The notes: generated from the letters alone by a model not told the origin. Counted from the stretch's first letter, positions 49,266-59,452 are shown. The stretch: 64,000 nt of DNA from an uncultured Gammaproteobacteria bacterium (GCA_964560005.1 CAZLKB010000003.1:174951-238950), one strand, 5' to 3'. Made by a program: numbers and translations.

Positions 49266-50726
49266 TTAAATTCTCGGGAACAGCGGCTCGCCTTTCTTTA
49301 TTTGCTTCTCGCTGAATTGCTTAATGATTTTTTCGGAGACCGTAGGCATAAACGGCTTCAGTAGATTGGCCGCATTTAAAATATCCTGGGCAATGGGTTT
49401 TAAAATGTTCTCAATCTCCGTTCGTCCTGAGCCTGCCGAAGGATTCTCTATTTTCCACGGCTTGGTTTCACTTAAAATTTCGTCGCTCGCTCTTAATTTT
49501 GCCCATAATAATTTAAGCGCTTCATCAAATTTAAAAGCTGCCAAATGATCGGCATATTCCTTGATTATTTTTTTATCACTATCTAGTTTTAATTTTAATG
49601 CCAAATTATTTTTTTCTATCAAATTAGCGACCCGAGCAGCTAAATTACCCAAGCCGTTGGCTAAATCGGCGTTATATTTGTCATTGAATTTTTCAAAGCT
49701 GATATCCCCGTCGTGGCCGAATGCCGCCGCGCTCATTATCAGATAGCGGCTGGCGTCAACGCCGTACTTTTTCACCAGATCAAGCGGCGCGATCACGTTG
49801 CCTAAAGACTTGCTCATTTTCTGGCCGTTGATTTTAAAATAGCCGTGCACAAAAATGGCTTCTGGTAATCTCAATCCCAGGGACAACAGCATGGCCGGCC
49901 AAATCGTGGCATGTACTCTTAGTATATCTTTGCTCATCAGTTGAACGTTTGGCGGCCAATAATTTAAATCCCCCTTGACCTCTTTATTAAAGGGGGCGAT
50001 AGAACCGTCCCAGCCAAGACCGGTCAAATAATTTAAAAACGCGTCAGCCCAAACATAGACGGTATGAGATTTATCCCAAGGAATGGGTATGCCCCAGCTA
50101 ATGTTCTTTCTGGAAAAAGAAATATCTTCTAAGCCTTCTTTTTCGTAAAAACTGATAATTTCGTTTTTTCGATTCAGGGGTAAAATTTGTAATTCATCGT
50201 TTTTTATTTTCTTAAGCAATTCATCCTGATATTTTGACAATTTAAAAGTGTAGCATTCCTCGCTCATTTTTTCCGGAACTAAATTATGATCCGGGCATTT
50301 GCCGTCCACTAAATCTCGCTCGCTTTTATACTGTTCGCAGCCGCGGCAATAAAGGCCCTGGTATTTTCCTAAATAAATATCGCCCTTGCCGTACATATAC
50401 TGCAAAGCCTCTTGCACGGCCGCCGCGTGCTTCGGGTCGGTGGTGCGCAAAAAATTATCGTTGGAAATATTCAATTCTTTCCAGGCCTGTTGGAATTTTG
50501 CCGAGATCTCGTCGGCGTACTGTTTCGGTTCCATTTTCATGGCTACGGCTTTTTCATTGATTTTGGCGCCATGCTCGTCCGTGCCGGTTAAAAAAAATGT
50601 TTTATCGCCTTTAAGCCGGTGCCAGCGCGCCAAAACATCGGCCGCCACGGTCGTATAAGTATGCCCGATATGAGGCACGTCGTTAACATAATAGACCGGA
50701 GTGGTAATATAAAATTTTTTTGACAT
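49266..50726 (-). CDS. metG: Methionyl-tRNA synthetase (short form)
   Basis: HIGH motif (PHIGHTYT), KMSKS motif (QKMSKSLGN), Zn knuckle CxxC...CPDH. Confidence 0.96.
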   Translation of the reverse strand: MSKKFYITTPVYYVNDVPHIGHTYTTVAADVLARWHRLKGDKTFFLTGTDEHGAKINEKAVAMKMEPKQYADEISAKFQQAWKELNISNDNFLRTTDPKHAAAVQEALQYMYGKGDIYLGKYQGLYCRGCEQYKSERDLVDGKCPDHNLVPEKMSEECYTFKLSKYQDELLKKIKNDELQILPLNRKNEIISFYEKEGLEDISFSRKNISWGIPIPWDKSHTVYVWADAFLNYLTGLGWDGSIAPFNKEVKGDLNYWPPNVQLMSKDILRVHATIWPAMLLSLGLRLPEAIFVHGYFKINGQKMSKSLGNVIAPLDLVKKYGVDASRYLIMSAAAFGHDGDISFEKFNDKYNADLANGLGNLAARVANLIEKNNLALKLKLDSDKKIIKEYADHLAAFKFDEALKLLWAKLRASDEILSETKPWKIENPSAGSGRTEIENILKPIAQDILNAANLLKPFMPTVSEKIIKQFSEKQIKKGEPLFPRI

Positions 50727-50872
50727 AAATATGACAATTTTTAATTTCTAATTTTCAATTTTTAAACAATTTTCAATGACTTAATTTTCAATTTTAAAAA
50801 CCAGGGGCATTGAAAATTGAAACATTAAATCATTGTTTGAAAATTGAAAATTGAAAATTGAAAATTTTTTAA
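50727..50872. repeat. AT-rich word dyad (AATTTTCAA / TTGAAAATT family)
   Basis: ctaattttcaatttttaaacaattttcaatg ... cattgaaaattgaaac...gtttgaaaattgaaaattgaaaattgaaaatt. Confidence 0.7.
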
Positions 50873-51610
50873 CTATTTTCCCACAATAACCACGAACTCC
50901 CCCTTCTGATCGTTTTTATCCGCTTTAATTTTTTCAATTATGCTTTTTAAATCGCCACGATAAACCGTTTCATGCATCTTGGACAGCTCGCGGCATACCA
51001 CTACTGATGTTAAATTTGCCATTTTACTTTTGTCATTTGGATTTTGACATTGATTTGTCGTTTGGCATCCGTCATTTGTCATTTTCTCCAGCTCGTCTAA
51101 AAACTTCAAGATTCTATGCTTAGATTCATAAACCACTACCGGATACTCGCTGGTTGCGATTTTTTTAATAAAAGTCTGCCGCCCCTTTTTATGCGGCGGA
51201 AAACCCATAAAAATAAATTTATCCGTGGGTATGCCGGAGATTGATAAAGCGGCCGTAACCGCCGACGGTCCGGGCACGGCTTCAATCTGCACCTCGTTAT
51301 TTAATTTCTCCAAAATTATTTGGATCAGCTTGCCGCCCGGATCGGAAATGCCGGGCGTGCCGGCGTCGGACACCAGGGCCAAATTTTTGCCGCTTGCCAG
51401 CAAATCTATTACTTCATTTTCTTTGCTTAAACCGGAATGCTGATGGTAAGAAATCGTCGGAGTTTTTATATTATAACGTTTGAGCAAGACCGAAGTAACG
51501 CGCGTATCTTCGCATAATATAAAATCGACTTCGCCTAATATGCGAAGCGCTCTCATGCTGATATCCTCTAAATTGCCGATTGGCGTGGCCACGATGTATA
51601 GGGTGGACAT
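50873..51610 (-). CDS. rsmI: 16S rRNA (cytidine1402-2'-O)-methyltransferase with an in-frame repeat insertion
   Basis: LYIVATPIGNLEDIS, CEDTR, SDAGTPGISDPG; start at Met10. Confidence 0.92.
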   Translation of the reverse strand: MSTLYIVATPIGNLEDISMRALRILGEVDFILCEDTRVTSVLLKRYNIKTPTISYHQHSGLSKENEVIDLLASGKNLALVSDAGTPGISDPGGKLIQIILEKLNNEVQIEAVPGPSAVTAALSISGIPTDKFIFMGFPPHKKGRQTFIKKIATSEYPVVVYESKHRILKFLDELEKMTNDGCQTTNQCQNPNDKSKMANLTSVVVCRELSKMHETVYRGDLKSIIEKIKADKNDQKGEFVVIVGK

Positions 51611-51725
51611 AATAAAAATTAAAAATGCAAAAATCAAAATGTAAAATTATTGTAAAATTATTTCGTGAAAAATTTTTAAAATTTTTCACTCCATAATTTT
51701 TAACTTTAATTTTTAAATTTTACAT
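51611..51725. repeat. AT-rich word dyad (TGTAAAAT family)
   Basis: aaaatgcaaaaatcaaaatgtaaaatt ... tttaatttttaaattttacattt. Confidence 0.55.
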
Positions 51726-53411
51726 TTACATAATCTCTTCCTTCCTCTCCTTAACATACTTGGTCCAATCTTCGGCGATACCGACGAAAACCTTAAAGGG
51801 CGCTTCAATAATAAAGTCTAAAATTAAAACAAAGAAGTTAAGCCGGGAAAACTTCTCGTTAAGCCATTTGCCGACTTCAATTATCGGCACATAGAAAAAG
51901 TCCGTCACAAAGGAAAAAATGCTTTCTTTGCCTTCAAGAATGTACATCTCGCGGGCGACTTTCCTGATTCTTAAGCTGAAAAAACTTACTAAAGTCAGAA
52001 AAAATAGGAAGATCACGATGCTGACGAAAGTAAAATGAATCCTGTTCAATATATAAATTACCAGGCCGAAAGTTATAAGGAAAGTAGCCGCGTAAATCAC
52101 GGTGAAAACCCCGCTAATGCCTCTTTTCCGTTTAGCCGGCGGCTTTAAAATTATCGGCTCTTTTTTCTCTTTCTCTTTAAAGACAATTTCCTCCACCCCC
52201 TGAACGATTCTGCGCGTATTGGCCTCCGACGGCATTCTGGTAAATAAAACTATTAAAAATAAAAGTAGCGGCGGAAAAGCGACATTGATAGCCAAAGAAG
52301 TATAATTCAATATTTCTCCCAGCCAAAGAGTAACCGGTATTTCCAAAATCAAGGCCAAAATCATTTTAGTCAAGAAAATATAAATAATACTTCTAACCGC
52401 GGCTCGGCGCAATTTTACCTTGGACTCGTGATATCTTTTCAGGGTGAACTTTTTAACCAAGCGCGGAAAGGCCTTGGGATCTTCTTTGATATCTTCATAG
52501 ACCCTGACCGGATCGTCGGTAATCACATCATTTAAAATCGTATAATAAACCGAATAATGGCCGACCAGCTTGTTTATCTGCGCGGCCAGAGGGTGGTTCA
52601 TCTGCTCGCTAATCGCCTTCCCGGTGTCTCCTAAACGGTTGGATAAATAGGTAATTTCTTCGTCCGTGGCTTTTTCCCAGTTTGCGTTAAAATATTTAAG
52701 CAGTAAAAACTCCAACATGTCGTTATCAAATTTCATGAAAATGCGATGAATGCTCAAATAAATCTGAATCTCTTTATCCGGCCGGTAGATTGAATCGTCC
52801 GGTAAAACCACATGCTTTGACAGCAATTTAAACATGTTGTTGACAATGGTTTGCGATACTGGATCAACGCATAATTTTTCTTCTATTTCCGCCGAAGCCA
52901 CGGCTAAAATCCATTTGCTGATTTCATTTTTTTGCCGGTCGTCGGAGATTTTTGACAAACTCTCCTTCCTTAATTTTAAATATTTATCTATCACTAAAGC
53001 AATCTCCGATATTTTAGTTTCCGGTAATTTATTGTTTGGCAGATAACCGGCTCTAATCAGCTCAACTAAAAGATTATTGGCAATATCCTCGGCCTCAAGC
53101 GTTTTTAACTGCGCCTCAATTATTATTTGCCTTTTTAGAACCCTTAAAATTGAGCTTTTCCGCAACAAATACTCCTCTTTGTAGTCAACTGAATTACGGA
53201 TTTTTTCATAATAAAAAGCCAGCCTGGAAATCAGGTCGGATACCTTTATTCTCGGGACATCTTCCTCGTCTTCCGCCTTATTTTGTTCGCGGTAAATTAC
53301 CTGGAATAACCTCTTGGCATCTTCGTTGGGCGTAAAAACCACTTCTACTTTTCTAGACATTGTAGGGTTTATAGGCATATTTTTTATTGAATTTCCACAA
53401 CCGTTCTGCAC
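51726..53411 (-). CDS. Hypothetical large membrane protein
   Basis: 561-aa ORF; soluble N-terminal half, 5-6 TM helices in the C-terminal half; no family recognised. Confidence 0.6.
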   Translation of the reverse strand: MQNGCGNSIKNMPINPTMSRKVEVVFTPNEDAKRLFQVIYREQNKAEDEEDVPRIKVSDLISRLAFYYEKIRNSVDYKEEYLLRKSSILRVLKRQIIIEAQLKTLEAEDIANNLLVELIRAGYLPNNKLPETKISEIALVIDKYLKLRKESLSKISDDRQKNEISKWILAVASAEIEEKLCVDPVSQTIVNNMFKLLSKHVVLPDDSIYRPDKEIQIYLSIHRIFMKFDNDMLEFLLLKYFNANWEKATDEEITYLSNRLGDTGKAISEQMNHPLAAQINKLVGHYSVYYTILNDVITDDPVRVYEDIKEDPKAFPRLVKKFTLKRYHESKVKLRRAAVRSIIYIFLTKMILALILEIPVTLWLGEILNYTSLAINVAFPPLLLFLIVLFTRMPSEANTRRIVQGVEEIVFKEKEKKEPIILKPPAKRKRGISGVFTVIYAATFLITFGLVIYILNRIHFTFVSIVIFLFFLTLVSFFSLRIRKVAREMYILEGKESIFSFVTDFFYVPIIEVGKWLNEKFSRLNFFVLILDFIIEAPFKVFVGIAEDWTKYVKERKEEIM

Positions 53412-53562
53412 TAAATTAGTAAAGCGATTATTCGAATGTGCCCCATTTGTAGCGGGGCTCCGCCAATGGCGGATGACTTTATATTAACATTTATCCCATA
53501 AAAAATCAACTACTAAAAAGCGACCTAGTATTTCCTAGGCCGCTCGCAAAAAATTTTTAATA

Positions 53563-53790
53563 TTACATCTTAAAATACTTTTCCACTTCTCTCTTGATCC
53601 ACCAGATCTTATAAGCCAAGTAGAAAAAGGCGTAGGCTATCACTAAGATAAATAATCCGATCACCAGCTTCAAAACGAAATCCGTCCAAACGATTAGGAT
53701 ACCCAGCATGACTAAAATCAAGCCGGTAACAATTAAGTTGATAATTGTCCATCTAACTTTTCTTTGAATTTTTTTCAGTAAATTTTGCAT
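53563..53790 (-). CDS. Small two-TM membrane protein
   Basis: 75 aa, two hydrophobic helices. Confidence 0.5.
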   Translation of the reverse strand: MQNLLKKIQRKVRWTIINLIVTGLILVMLGILIVWTDFVLKLVIGLFILVIAYAFFYLAYKIWWIKREVEKYFKM

Positions 53791-53919
53791 AAACTCTATT
53801 TATAATGATTTATAATATTATTATACCATAAAATTCATCTGATAGCATAATCAACGATTAAAATTTACTATAAATAATGAAAGTGATATAATCATAATAT
53901 AATTGAATCATAAAAATTT

Positions 53920-54315
53920 ATGAAAATCATCAAAGAATTTAAAGAGTTCGCCCTAAAAGGCAACATGGTTGACCTGGCGGTCGGCGTAATCATCGGCGGC
54001 GCCTTCGGTAAAATTATCGCCTCCATCGTCAACGATTTAATTATGCCGCCGCTTAGCTTAATCACCGGCGGAGTTAATTTTAAAGAGTTAAAAATCGTCT
54101 TAAGCCGGGCCGCCGACGGTACCGTTGCCGCGGCTTGGAATTACGGCAATTTTCTCCAAACCACGATTGAGTTCCTGATTATTGCCTTAATTATTTTTCT
54201 GATGATAAAAGCCATGAACAAACTAAGGAAGAAAGAAAAAGAAGAGGCGCCAGCGCCCGTGATTCCGAAGCAGGAACAGCTACTGGCAGAAATCAGAGAT
54301 CTATTAAAGAAATAA
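53920..54315 (+). CDS. mscL: Large-conductance mechanosensitive channel
   Basis: [39 protein letters not shown] matches the MscL N-terminus/TM1. Confidence 0.93.
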   Translation: MKIIKEFKEFALKGNMVDLAVGVIIGGAFGKIIASIVNDLIMPPLSLITGGVNFKELKIVLSRAADGTVAAAWNYGNFLQTTIEFLIIALIIFLMIKAMNKLRKKEKEEAPAPVIPKQEQLLAEIRDLLKK

Positions 54316-54344
54316 AAGCGAATAAAAAAACGACATATATTACT

Positions 54345-54412
54345 TGTCATCCCGGGCCTGACCCGGGATCTTATGGTTAAGCCATAGATCCTGAATCAAG
54401 TTCAGGATGACA
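54345..54412. repeat. Composite TGTCAT...ATGACA inverted pair between convergent mscL and typA
   Basis: tgtcatcccgggcctgacccgggatc - tatggttaagccata - gatcctgaatcaagttcaggatgaca. Confidence 0.85.
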
Positions 54413-54430
54413 TTTAGTATATTGTCGTTT

Positions 54431-56221
54431 TTATTTTCCTCTGGCCGCCTTGGTCCGGTCGTTCCTGGTTAAATAAATTTTTCTTAAGCGCACGCTCTTG
54501 GGCGTAACTTCCAGGTATTCATCGGCTTTCATAATGCCCAGTCCCCGCTCCAAAGTAATTTCATACGATGGAGTCAGCCTGATGGCTTCGTCCGAACCGG
54601 AAGCGCGCATATTGGTTAACTGCTTGCCCTTAATCGGATTAACTTCCAGGTCATTGCCCTTGGCCACATTGCCGATAACCATGCCTTCATAAACTTGAAC
54701 ATTGGCGTCTACATATAACTGGCCGCGTTCCTGCAGATTCCATAAGGAAAAAGCTAAAGCCTTGCCCGCGGCCATGGAAACCATGGAACCGAGCTCGCTC
54801 TTGGCGATTTCGCCGACATGAGGCTTAAAACCGATGGCATGGGTGTAAATAATCCCCTCGCCTCTGGTATCAACCACGAATTCATTGCGATAGCCTAATA
54901 GTCCTCGGGTGGGAATTTCAAAAATCATCCTGATGGCGCTATGCTCCGGCTTCATTTCTTTCATTAAGCCTTTCCGTTTGGATATTTTTTCAATAATGAC
55001 GCCGGATAAATCTTTGGGCGCGTCAATCATTACTTCTTCAAAGGGTTCAAGTTTTATGCCCTTTTCTTCTTTAATAATTACGGTTGGCTGGGAAACTTGC
55101 AGTTCAAAGCCTTCTCGCCTCATATTTTCCAGCAAGATGGCGATATGCAACTCGCCCCGGCCGTAGACTTTATAATAATCGCCGGCAGTAAAGTCAATTT
55201 TTAAACCGACATTGACTTCTAATTCTTTTTCCAGGCGCTCCTTAATTTGGCGGCTGGTGACATACTTGCCCTCGCGGCCGGCGAAGGGAGAATTATTGAC
55301 TAAAAAATTCAAGGAAATCGTGGGCTGATCTATGGCGATAGCCGGCAAAGGCTCTTGATCGTCCGAAGCGCAAATGGTTTCGCCGATATAGATATCAGGG
55401 AGCCCCGCGATCATCACAATATCTCCGGCCACGGCCTGTTTAACCTCTTTTCTTTTCACGCCCTCAAAAGTATATAGTTTGCTGATTTTACCGTTTCTAA
55501 CCGCGCCTTCCGGTTTTTTTATGATTACATTATCCCCTTGCTTAACGATACCTTCATAAATCCGTCCGATAGCCAAACGGCCGATAAAATTATCGTAAGC
55601 CAAATTAAACGGCTGAATTTTAACCGGCATTTTTTCCGCATTTTTGCTTCCGGCCGGTTTAACTTTTTCTAAAATTACATCCAAAAGAGGCGTTAAATCG
55701 CGGCTATCGTCTTTCATGCTTTTTTTGGCGATGCCTTGCTTGGAAATAGCGTAAACCGTCGCGAAATTAAGCTGTTCGTCCGAGGCGCCCAAATCTAAAA
55801 ATAATTCGTAAATTTTTTCCAAAGTCCATTCCACTCTGGCCGCCGGCTTGTCAATTTTATTAATTACCACGATCGGGTGAAGCCCCAGCTCCAGAGATTT
55901 TTTTAAAACGAACTTAGTTTGCGGCATGGGCCCTTCCTGCGCATCCACCACTAAGAGCACCGAGTCAATGGATCTTAAAACCCGCTCCACCTCCGAACCG
56001 AAATCCGCGTGGCCTGGCGTGTCCACGATATTTATTTTCGCGCCTTTATAAAGCACCGAAGTATTTTTTGAATAAATAGTGATGCCGCGCTCCACTTCCA
56101 GGGCGTTTGAGTCCATGCTGACGCCAGGCTCGGTCATCCCGGTCTGTTGCATTAATTTATCGGTTAAAGTGGTTTTGCCATGGTCAACATGAGCGATAAT
56201 GGCGATATTTCTAATTTCCAT
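54431..56221 (-). CDS. typA: Translational GTPase TypA/BipA
   Basis: IRNIAIIAHVDHGKTTL, DTPGHADF, NKID; EF-G-like domain order, 596 aa. Confidence 0.96.
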   Translation of the reverse strand: MEIRNIAIIAHVDHGKTTLTDKLMQQTGMTEPGVSMDSNALEVERGITIYSKNTSVLYKGAKINIVDTPGHADFGSEVERVLRSIDSVLLVVDAQEGPMPQTKFVLKKSLELGLHPIVVINKIDKPAARVEWTLEKIYELFLDLGASDEQLNFATVYAISKQGIAKKSMKDDSRDLTPLLDVILEKVKPAGSKNAEKMPVKIQPFNLAYDNFIGRLAIGRIYEGIVKQGDNVIIKKPEGAVRNGKISKLYTFEGVKRKEVKQAVAGDIVMIAGLPDIYIGETICASDDQEPLPAIAIDQPTISLNFLVNNSPFAGREGKYVTSRQIKERLEKELEVNVGLKIDFTAGDYYKVYGRGELHIAILLENMRREGFELQVSQPTVIIKEEKGIKLEPFEEVMIDAPKDLSGVIIEKISKRKGLMKEMKPEHSAIRMIFEIPTRGLLGYRNEFVVDTRGEGIIYTHAIGFKPHVGEIAKSELGSMVSMAAGKALAFSLWNLQERGQLYVDANVQVYEGMVIGNVAKGNDLEVNPIKGKQLTNMRASGSDEAIRLTPSYEITLERGLGIMKADEYLEVTPKSVRLRKIYLTRNDRTKAARGK

Positions 56222-56257
56222 GAATTCTTAAAATTATCTATTTATAACTCGCGCCTA

Positions 56258-56335
56258 CCCTACAAATTTACAAATCGGCTACGAATATCACAAATAATAT
56301 TTGTACTATTTGTAGCTGATTTGTAGATTTGTGGG
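56258..56335. repeat. Second copy of the palindromic dyad seen upstream of atpC
   Basis: ccctacaaatttacaaatcggctacgaatat...gtagctgatttgtagatttgtggg; lies 37 bp upstream of the typA start. Confidence 0.85.
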
Positions 56336-56430
56336 TTGTAAAAAAACTGCCACACAAAGCGGCAACTTTATATTTTACTATAATACATCTTTTAAATAAA
56401 GTCAAGGAAAATAAAATAAAAATAAATTTC

Positions 56431-56466
56431 TTGACAACATATGCTAAATCATCTAATATGTTGTCA
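56431..56466 (+). promoter_or_regulatory. Promoter with an embedded perfect 11-bp inverted repeat (operator-like)
   Basis: TTGACA - 17 nt - TAATAT; TGACAACATAT - 13 nt - ATATGTTGTCA spans the -35 to +1 region. Confidence 0.65.
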
Positions 56467-56496
56467 GTCAAATTAACGGAAAAAAATAAAAATAAA

Positions 56497-57006
56497 ATGA
56501 AAACAAACGCAAATGAGGAGGCCGAGCGTATAGCGCTGGCAATAGTCAAAAACACCGCTCATAATAAGGGTATATTTTTTAGGCCGAAGGACACTGTGGA
56601 GGACCTGAAAAAGATGTCCGAGGAAATCGGAATTTCCGTGATTTATCTGGCCTACTTCATCGCCCGGGAAATTCTGGGCGAAATCTTTTGGCGCTGCACC
56701 GGCGTGAAAATCCAAATTGAAGTTTTCAGCCAGCCCGGTTTCAACGGCTATAATGCCGGCGCAGTGGCTTTAACCCTTCTAAAGCACGACCATGACGCCA
56801 GGAAAATCGCCCGCGCTCTGAAAGAAGAGAGCGTGAGAGCCAGTCAGCTCCCGGAAAATCTGCAGAGAATATTTGATGAGCAGGTGAAATACGCCGGCAT
56901 AAGCAGTCAAGAGCTGGCGATCTTCTACCGTCAGGAAATCGTTCCAACGGTTTCGGCGTCGGGAAGCCAAACCAGCTCTTTTACCAAGGAGGCTCGTGGC
57001 GGTTAA
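56497..57006 (+). CDS. Orphan 169-aa protein
   Basis: First ATG after the promoter; GC-rich ORF; own terminator; no family recognised. Confidence 0.55.
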   Translation: MKTNANEEAERIALAIVKNTAHNKGIFFRPKDTVEDLKKMSEEIGISVIYLAYFIAREILGEIFWRCTGVKIQIEVFSQPGFNGYNAGAVALTLLKHDHDARKIARALKEESVRASQLPENLQRIFDEQVKYAGISSQELAIFYRQEIVPTVSASGSQTSSFTKEARGG

Positions 57007-57027
57007 GAAGCCGCTTTCGCGTTAACC

Positions 57028-57056
57028 CGCGTCCGATTAAAACTCGGACGCTTTTT
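57028..57056 (+). terminator. Rho-independent terminator
   Basis: gcgtccga ... tcggacgc stem followed by T6. Confidence 0.85.
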
Positions 57057-57079
57057 TATATAGGACATACGCGTTTGGA

Positions 57080-57194
57080 CTCGAGGCAGGTGGTTGTTTT
57101 GAGCGCATACGAAATTGTAGCGATTTTCCGCCAAATCATTTAGCGGAAAATCACCCAAATTTCGTCCTAAGCGAAAAATAACCCCCACCTCGGG
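57080..57194. repeat. About 115-bp foldback (MITE-like) element
   Basis: ctcgaggcaggtgg..ttttgagcgcatacgaaattg ... caaatttcgtcctaagcgaaaaa..ccccacctcggg; core shared with 63801-63945. Confidence 0.75.
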
Positions 57195-57250
57195 CTATCC
57201 GGAGTCGCGAATATAAATATGCCATTCTATGACCAAACGCGTAAATCCTG

Positions 57251-58495
57251 TTATAAAGACTCTTCTGCCGCGCTTTCCCCTGCCACATACCCGGTGCTCC
57301 AGGCGGCTTGCAGGTTATAGCCTCCGGTCGGGCCGTCTATATCCAAGAGTTCGCCAGCGATAAATAGATTATTAACTAGCTTTGACCGCATGGTGCGAGG
57401 ATCAATTTGTTTTAAAGACACGCCTCCGGCCGTAACCATAGCTTTATCAAAGTCTTCAAGCGCTTTAAAAGTCAGCTTGAAATGCATAAATATTTTTATC
57501 AAGGCCATCCTCTCGGTTTTGGTTATGGCGCTGGATTGCCTGTCGGCATTAATTGATAATAATTTTAATATAACCGGCGTTAACCTGGACGGAATTAAAC
57601 CCGCCAGGCTATTGCTAAATAATTTTTTACCGTTTTTCACTAAAATACTTTGCAATTTTTTGTCAAATTGAGCGGCATCAATTTCAGGAAAAAAATCAAG
57701 TTCCACTATTAAACCGCTAACTGATTCAGTGCCAACGAATCTGCTTAAATCCAGAACCGCCGGCCCGCTTAGTCCGGAAGAAGTAAATATAATATCTCCG
57801 ATAACAGAAGCTAGTTTTTTATTACTATTCCATAAACTAATACCCGCATTATTCAAACTTAAACCCTGCAACTCTCTGATAAATTTCTCTTTTACCAAGA
57901 TCGGCGTCAGCGCCGGCCTAAGCGGTAAAATCGTATGGCCTAGTTGCCTTAACCATTCATAGCCGGAACCGCTTGACCCGGTCGAAGGATAAGATTTTCC
58001 ACCGGTGGACATAATATAATTTTGCGCTTTAATTTCTTCTCCATCGACTAAAATGATTTTTTCTATCTTTCCATTTTTAGCAATAATTTCTTTAACTTCC
58101 GCGTTAAGGCGGATTTCCACTTCTTTTCTTTTCACTTCATCAAGTAAAACCTTAAGTACATCGGCGGCCTTATCGCTCTGCGGAAAAACTTGATTGTTTT
58201 TTTCTGTTTTCAGTCTTAGCCCGCGGCTCTCAAAAAAATCAATCACCTCGGACGCGCCGAATTTATTAAACGCGGAAATTAAAAACTTGCCTTTAGGGCC
58301 GAAGCGCGAGGCTAGCAATTTCGCGTCAGTTAAATTGTTGGTTAGATTGCATCGTCCGCCGCCGGTAATTAAAAGTTTAACTCCCGGACGATGATTTTTT
58401 TCAACCAGAAGCACGCGCGCGCCCGACTCTCCGGCTCGTATCGCGGCCATTAAACCGGACGGACCGGCGCCGATTATTATGACATCATAATTCAT
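57251..58495 (-). CDS. FAD-dependent oxidoreductase, HI0933/BaiN-like family
   Basis: DVIIIGAGPSGLMAA dinucleotide fold, GGGRCNLTN motif, C-terminal GGYNLQAAWSTG. Confidence 0.88.
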   Translation of the reverse strand: MNYDVIIIGAGPSGLMAAIRAGESGARVLLVEKNHRPGVKLLITGGGRCNLTNNLTDAKLLASRFGPKGKFLISAFNKFGASEVIDFFESRGLRLKTEKNNQVFPQSDKAADVLKVLLDEVKRKEVEIRLNAEVKEIIAKNGKIEKIILVDGEEIKAQNYIMSTGGKSYPSTGSSGSGYEWLRQLGHTILPLRPALTPILVKEKFIRELQGLSLNNAGISLWNSNKKLASVIGDIIFTSSGLSGPAVLDLSRFVGTESVSGLIVELDFFPEIDAAQFDKKLQSILVKNGKKLFSNSLAGLIPSRLTPVILKLLSINADRQSSAITKTERMALIKIFMHFKLTFKALEDFDKAMVTAGGVSLKQIDPRTMRSKLVNNLFIAGELLDIDGPTGGYNLQAAWSTGYVAGESAAEESL

Positions 58496-58502
58496 ATTTG
58501 GT

Positions 58503-58650
58503 AGATTGTGCTAGTTATAGCCGTAGAGTTTTGGCTAAATTTATTTATTTTTGAAGCGAGGAATGACCGGCCGGCACATAATGAATTTGATCCGCAGCGA
58601 AAAAATAAATGAATTTAGCCAAAACTAAAATCATTAATTAGCACAATTTC
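58503..58650. repeat. About 150-bp foldback (MITE-like) element
   Basis: gattgtgcta..gttttggctaaatttatttatttttgaagcgagg ... ccgcagcgaaaaaataaatgaatttagccaaaac..tagcacaattt. Confidence 0.75.
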
Positions 58651-58685
58651 TATTTATTTAATTATACCACAAACAACTGACTGCC

Positions 58686-58737
58686 TTGACAGCCGGTTGA
58701 CAATAATCTAATATTTAAAGTTAGTTAAGTCAACCGG
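58686..58737 (+). promoter_or_regulatory. Promoter overlapped by a 9-bp inverted repeat
   Basis: TTGACA - 17 nt - TAATAT; CCGGTTGAC - 27 nt - GTCAACCGG brackets the -10 and start region. Confidence 0.6.
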
Positions 58738-58790
58738 AAAGCACCTTATAACAACATCAAAAATCAATACAGAGAACGACAGGAGAGATC

Positions 58791-59444
58791 ATGCAAAAAA
58801 TAATTGAAAAATCGGTCAGCCTGCTTATTATGACTCGGTTGAAAATCAAACCGGACGGTCCGGAAGAATTGGTAGCCGTACTTCAACGGCGAGGAGAGTT
58901 TAATCACGAAACTATGGGACCGGAGTCGTGGCCCGGCGTTGACCAGCTCACGGTTCATGGGAAAATCAAGAATAGCGAAAGCGACAAGGGCGCGCTTTGC
59001 CGCGAAACCCGGGAAGAACTGGGAGGAGACTTCGTCAGTGGCAAACTGGCCTGGGAGGCAATCACCGCTAATATGATTGAAATCGGCCGGGTGGAAAAAC
59101 CCGATAAAGTCATAGTTCACTACGCTATTGAAGTTTTAGCTCTGGCTTTGCCGTTATTCCGTCTTAACTCTTCCACCGGCGGTCTGCGGCTAATCACGAA
59201 GTCTGATCTATCTGACATCCAGGCGGTTCCTAACTGGAACTGTAATAAAACGGACGGAGTCTACGCCAGAAGGACCTTCGCCATGTTTCCGGACGAGATC
59301 AAGGCGCTGAAACAAGCCTTCACCATCTTCGACAACCGGACAACTGCAACTCCTTGCGCAGAAGTTATTGAGGATGCTGTGCTCGCAGGACATCTACGCA
59401 AGGTGGCGCAAGTGTCATTAAACCCAACGCCATCGGCCGCTTGA
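58791..59444 (+). CDS. Nudix hydrolase family protein
   Basis: Complete Nudix box G-x5-E-x7-RE-x2-EE-x-G: GKIKNSESDKGALCRETREELGG. Confidence 0.85.
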   Translation: MQKIIEKSVSLLIMTRLKIKPDGPEELVAVLQRRGEFNHETMGPESWPGVDQLTVHGKIKNSESDKGALCRETREELGGDFVSGKLAWEAITANMIEIGRVEKPDKVIVHYAIEVLALALPLFRLNSSTGGLRLITKSDLSDIQAVPNWNCNKTDGVYARRTFAMFPDEIKALKQAFTIFDNRTTATPCAEVIEDAVLAGHLRKVAQVSLNPTPSAA

Positions 59445-59452
59445 TAAACACG

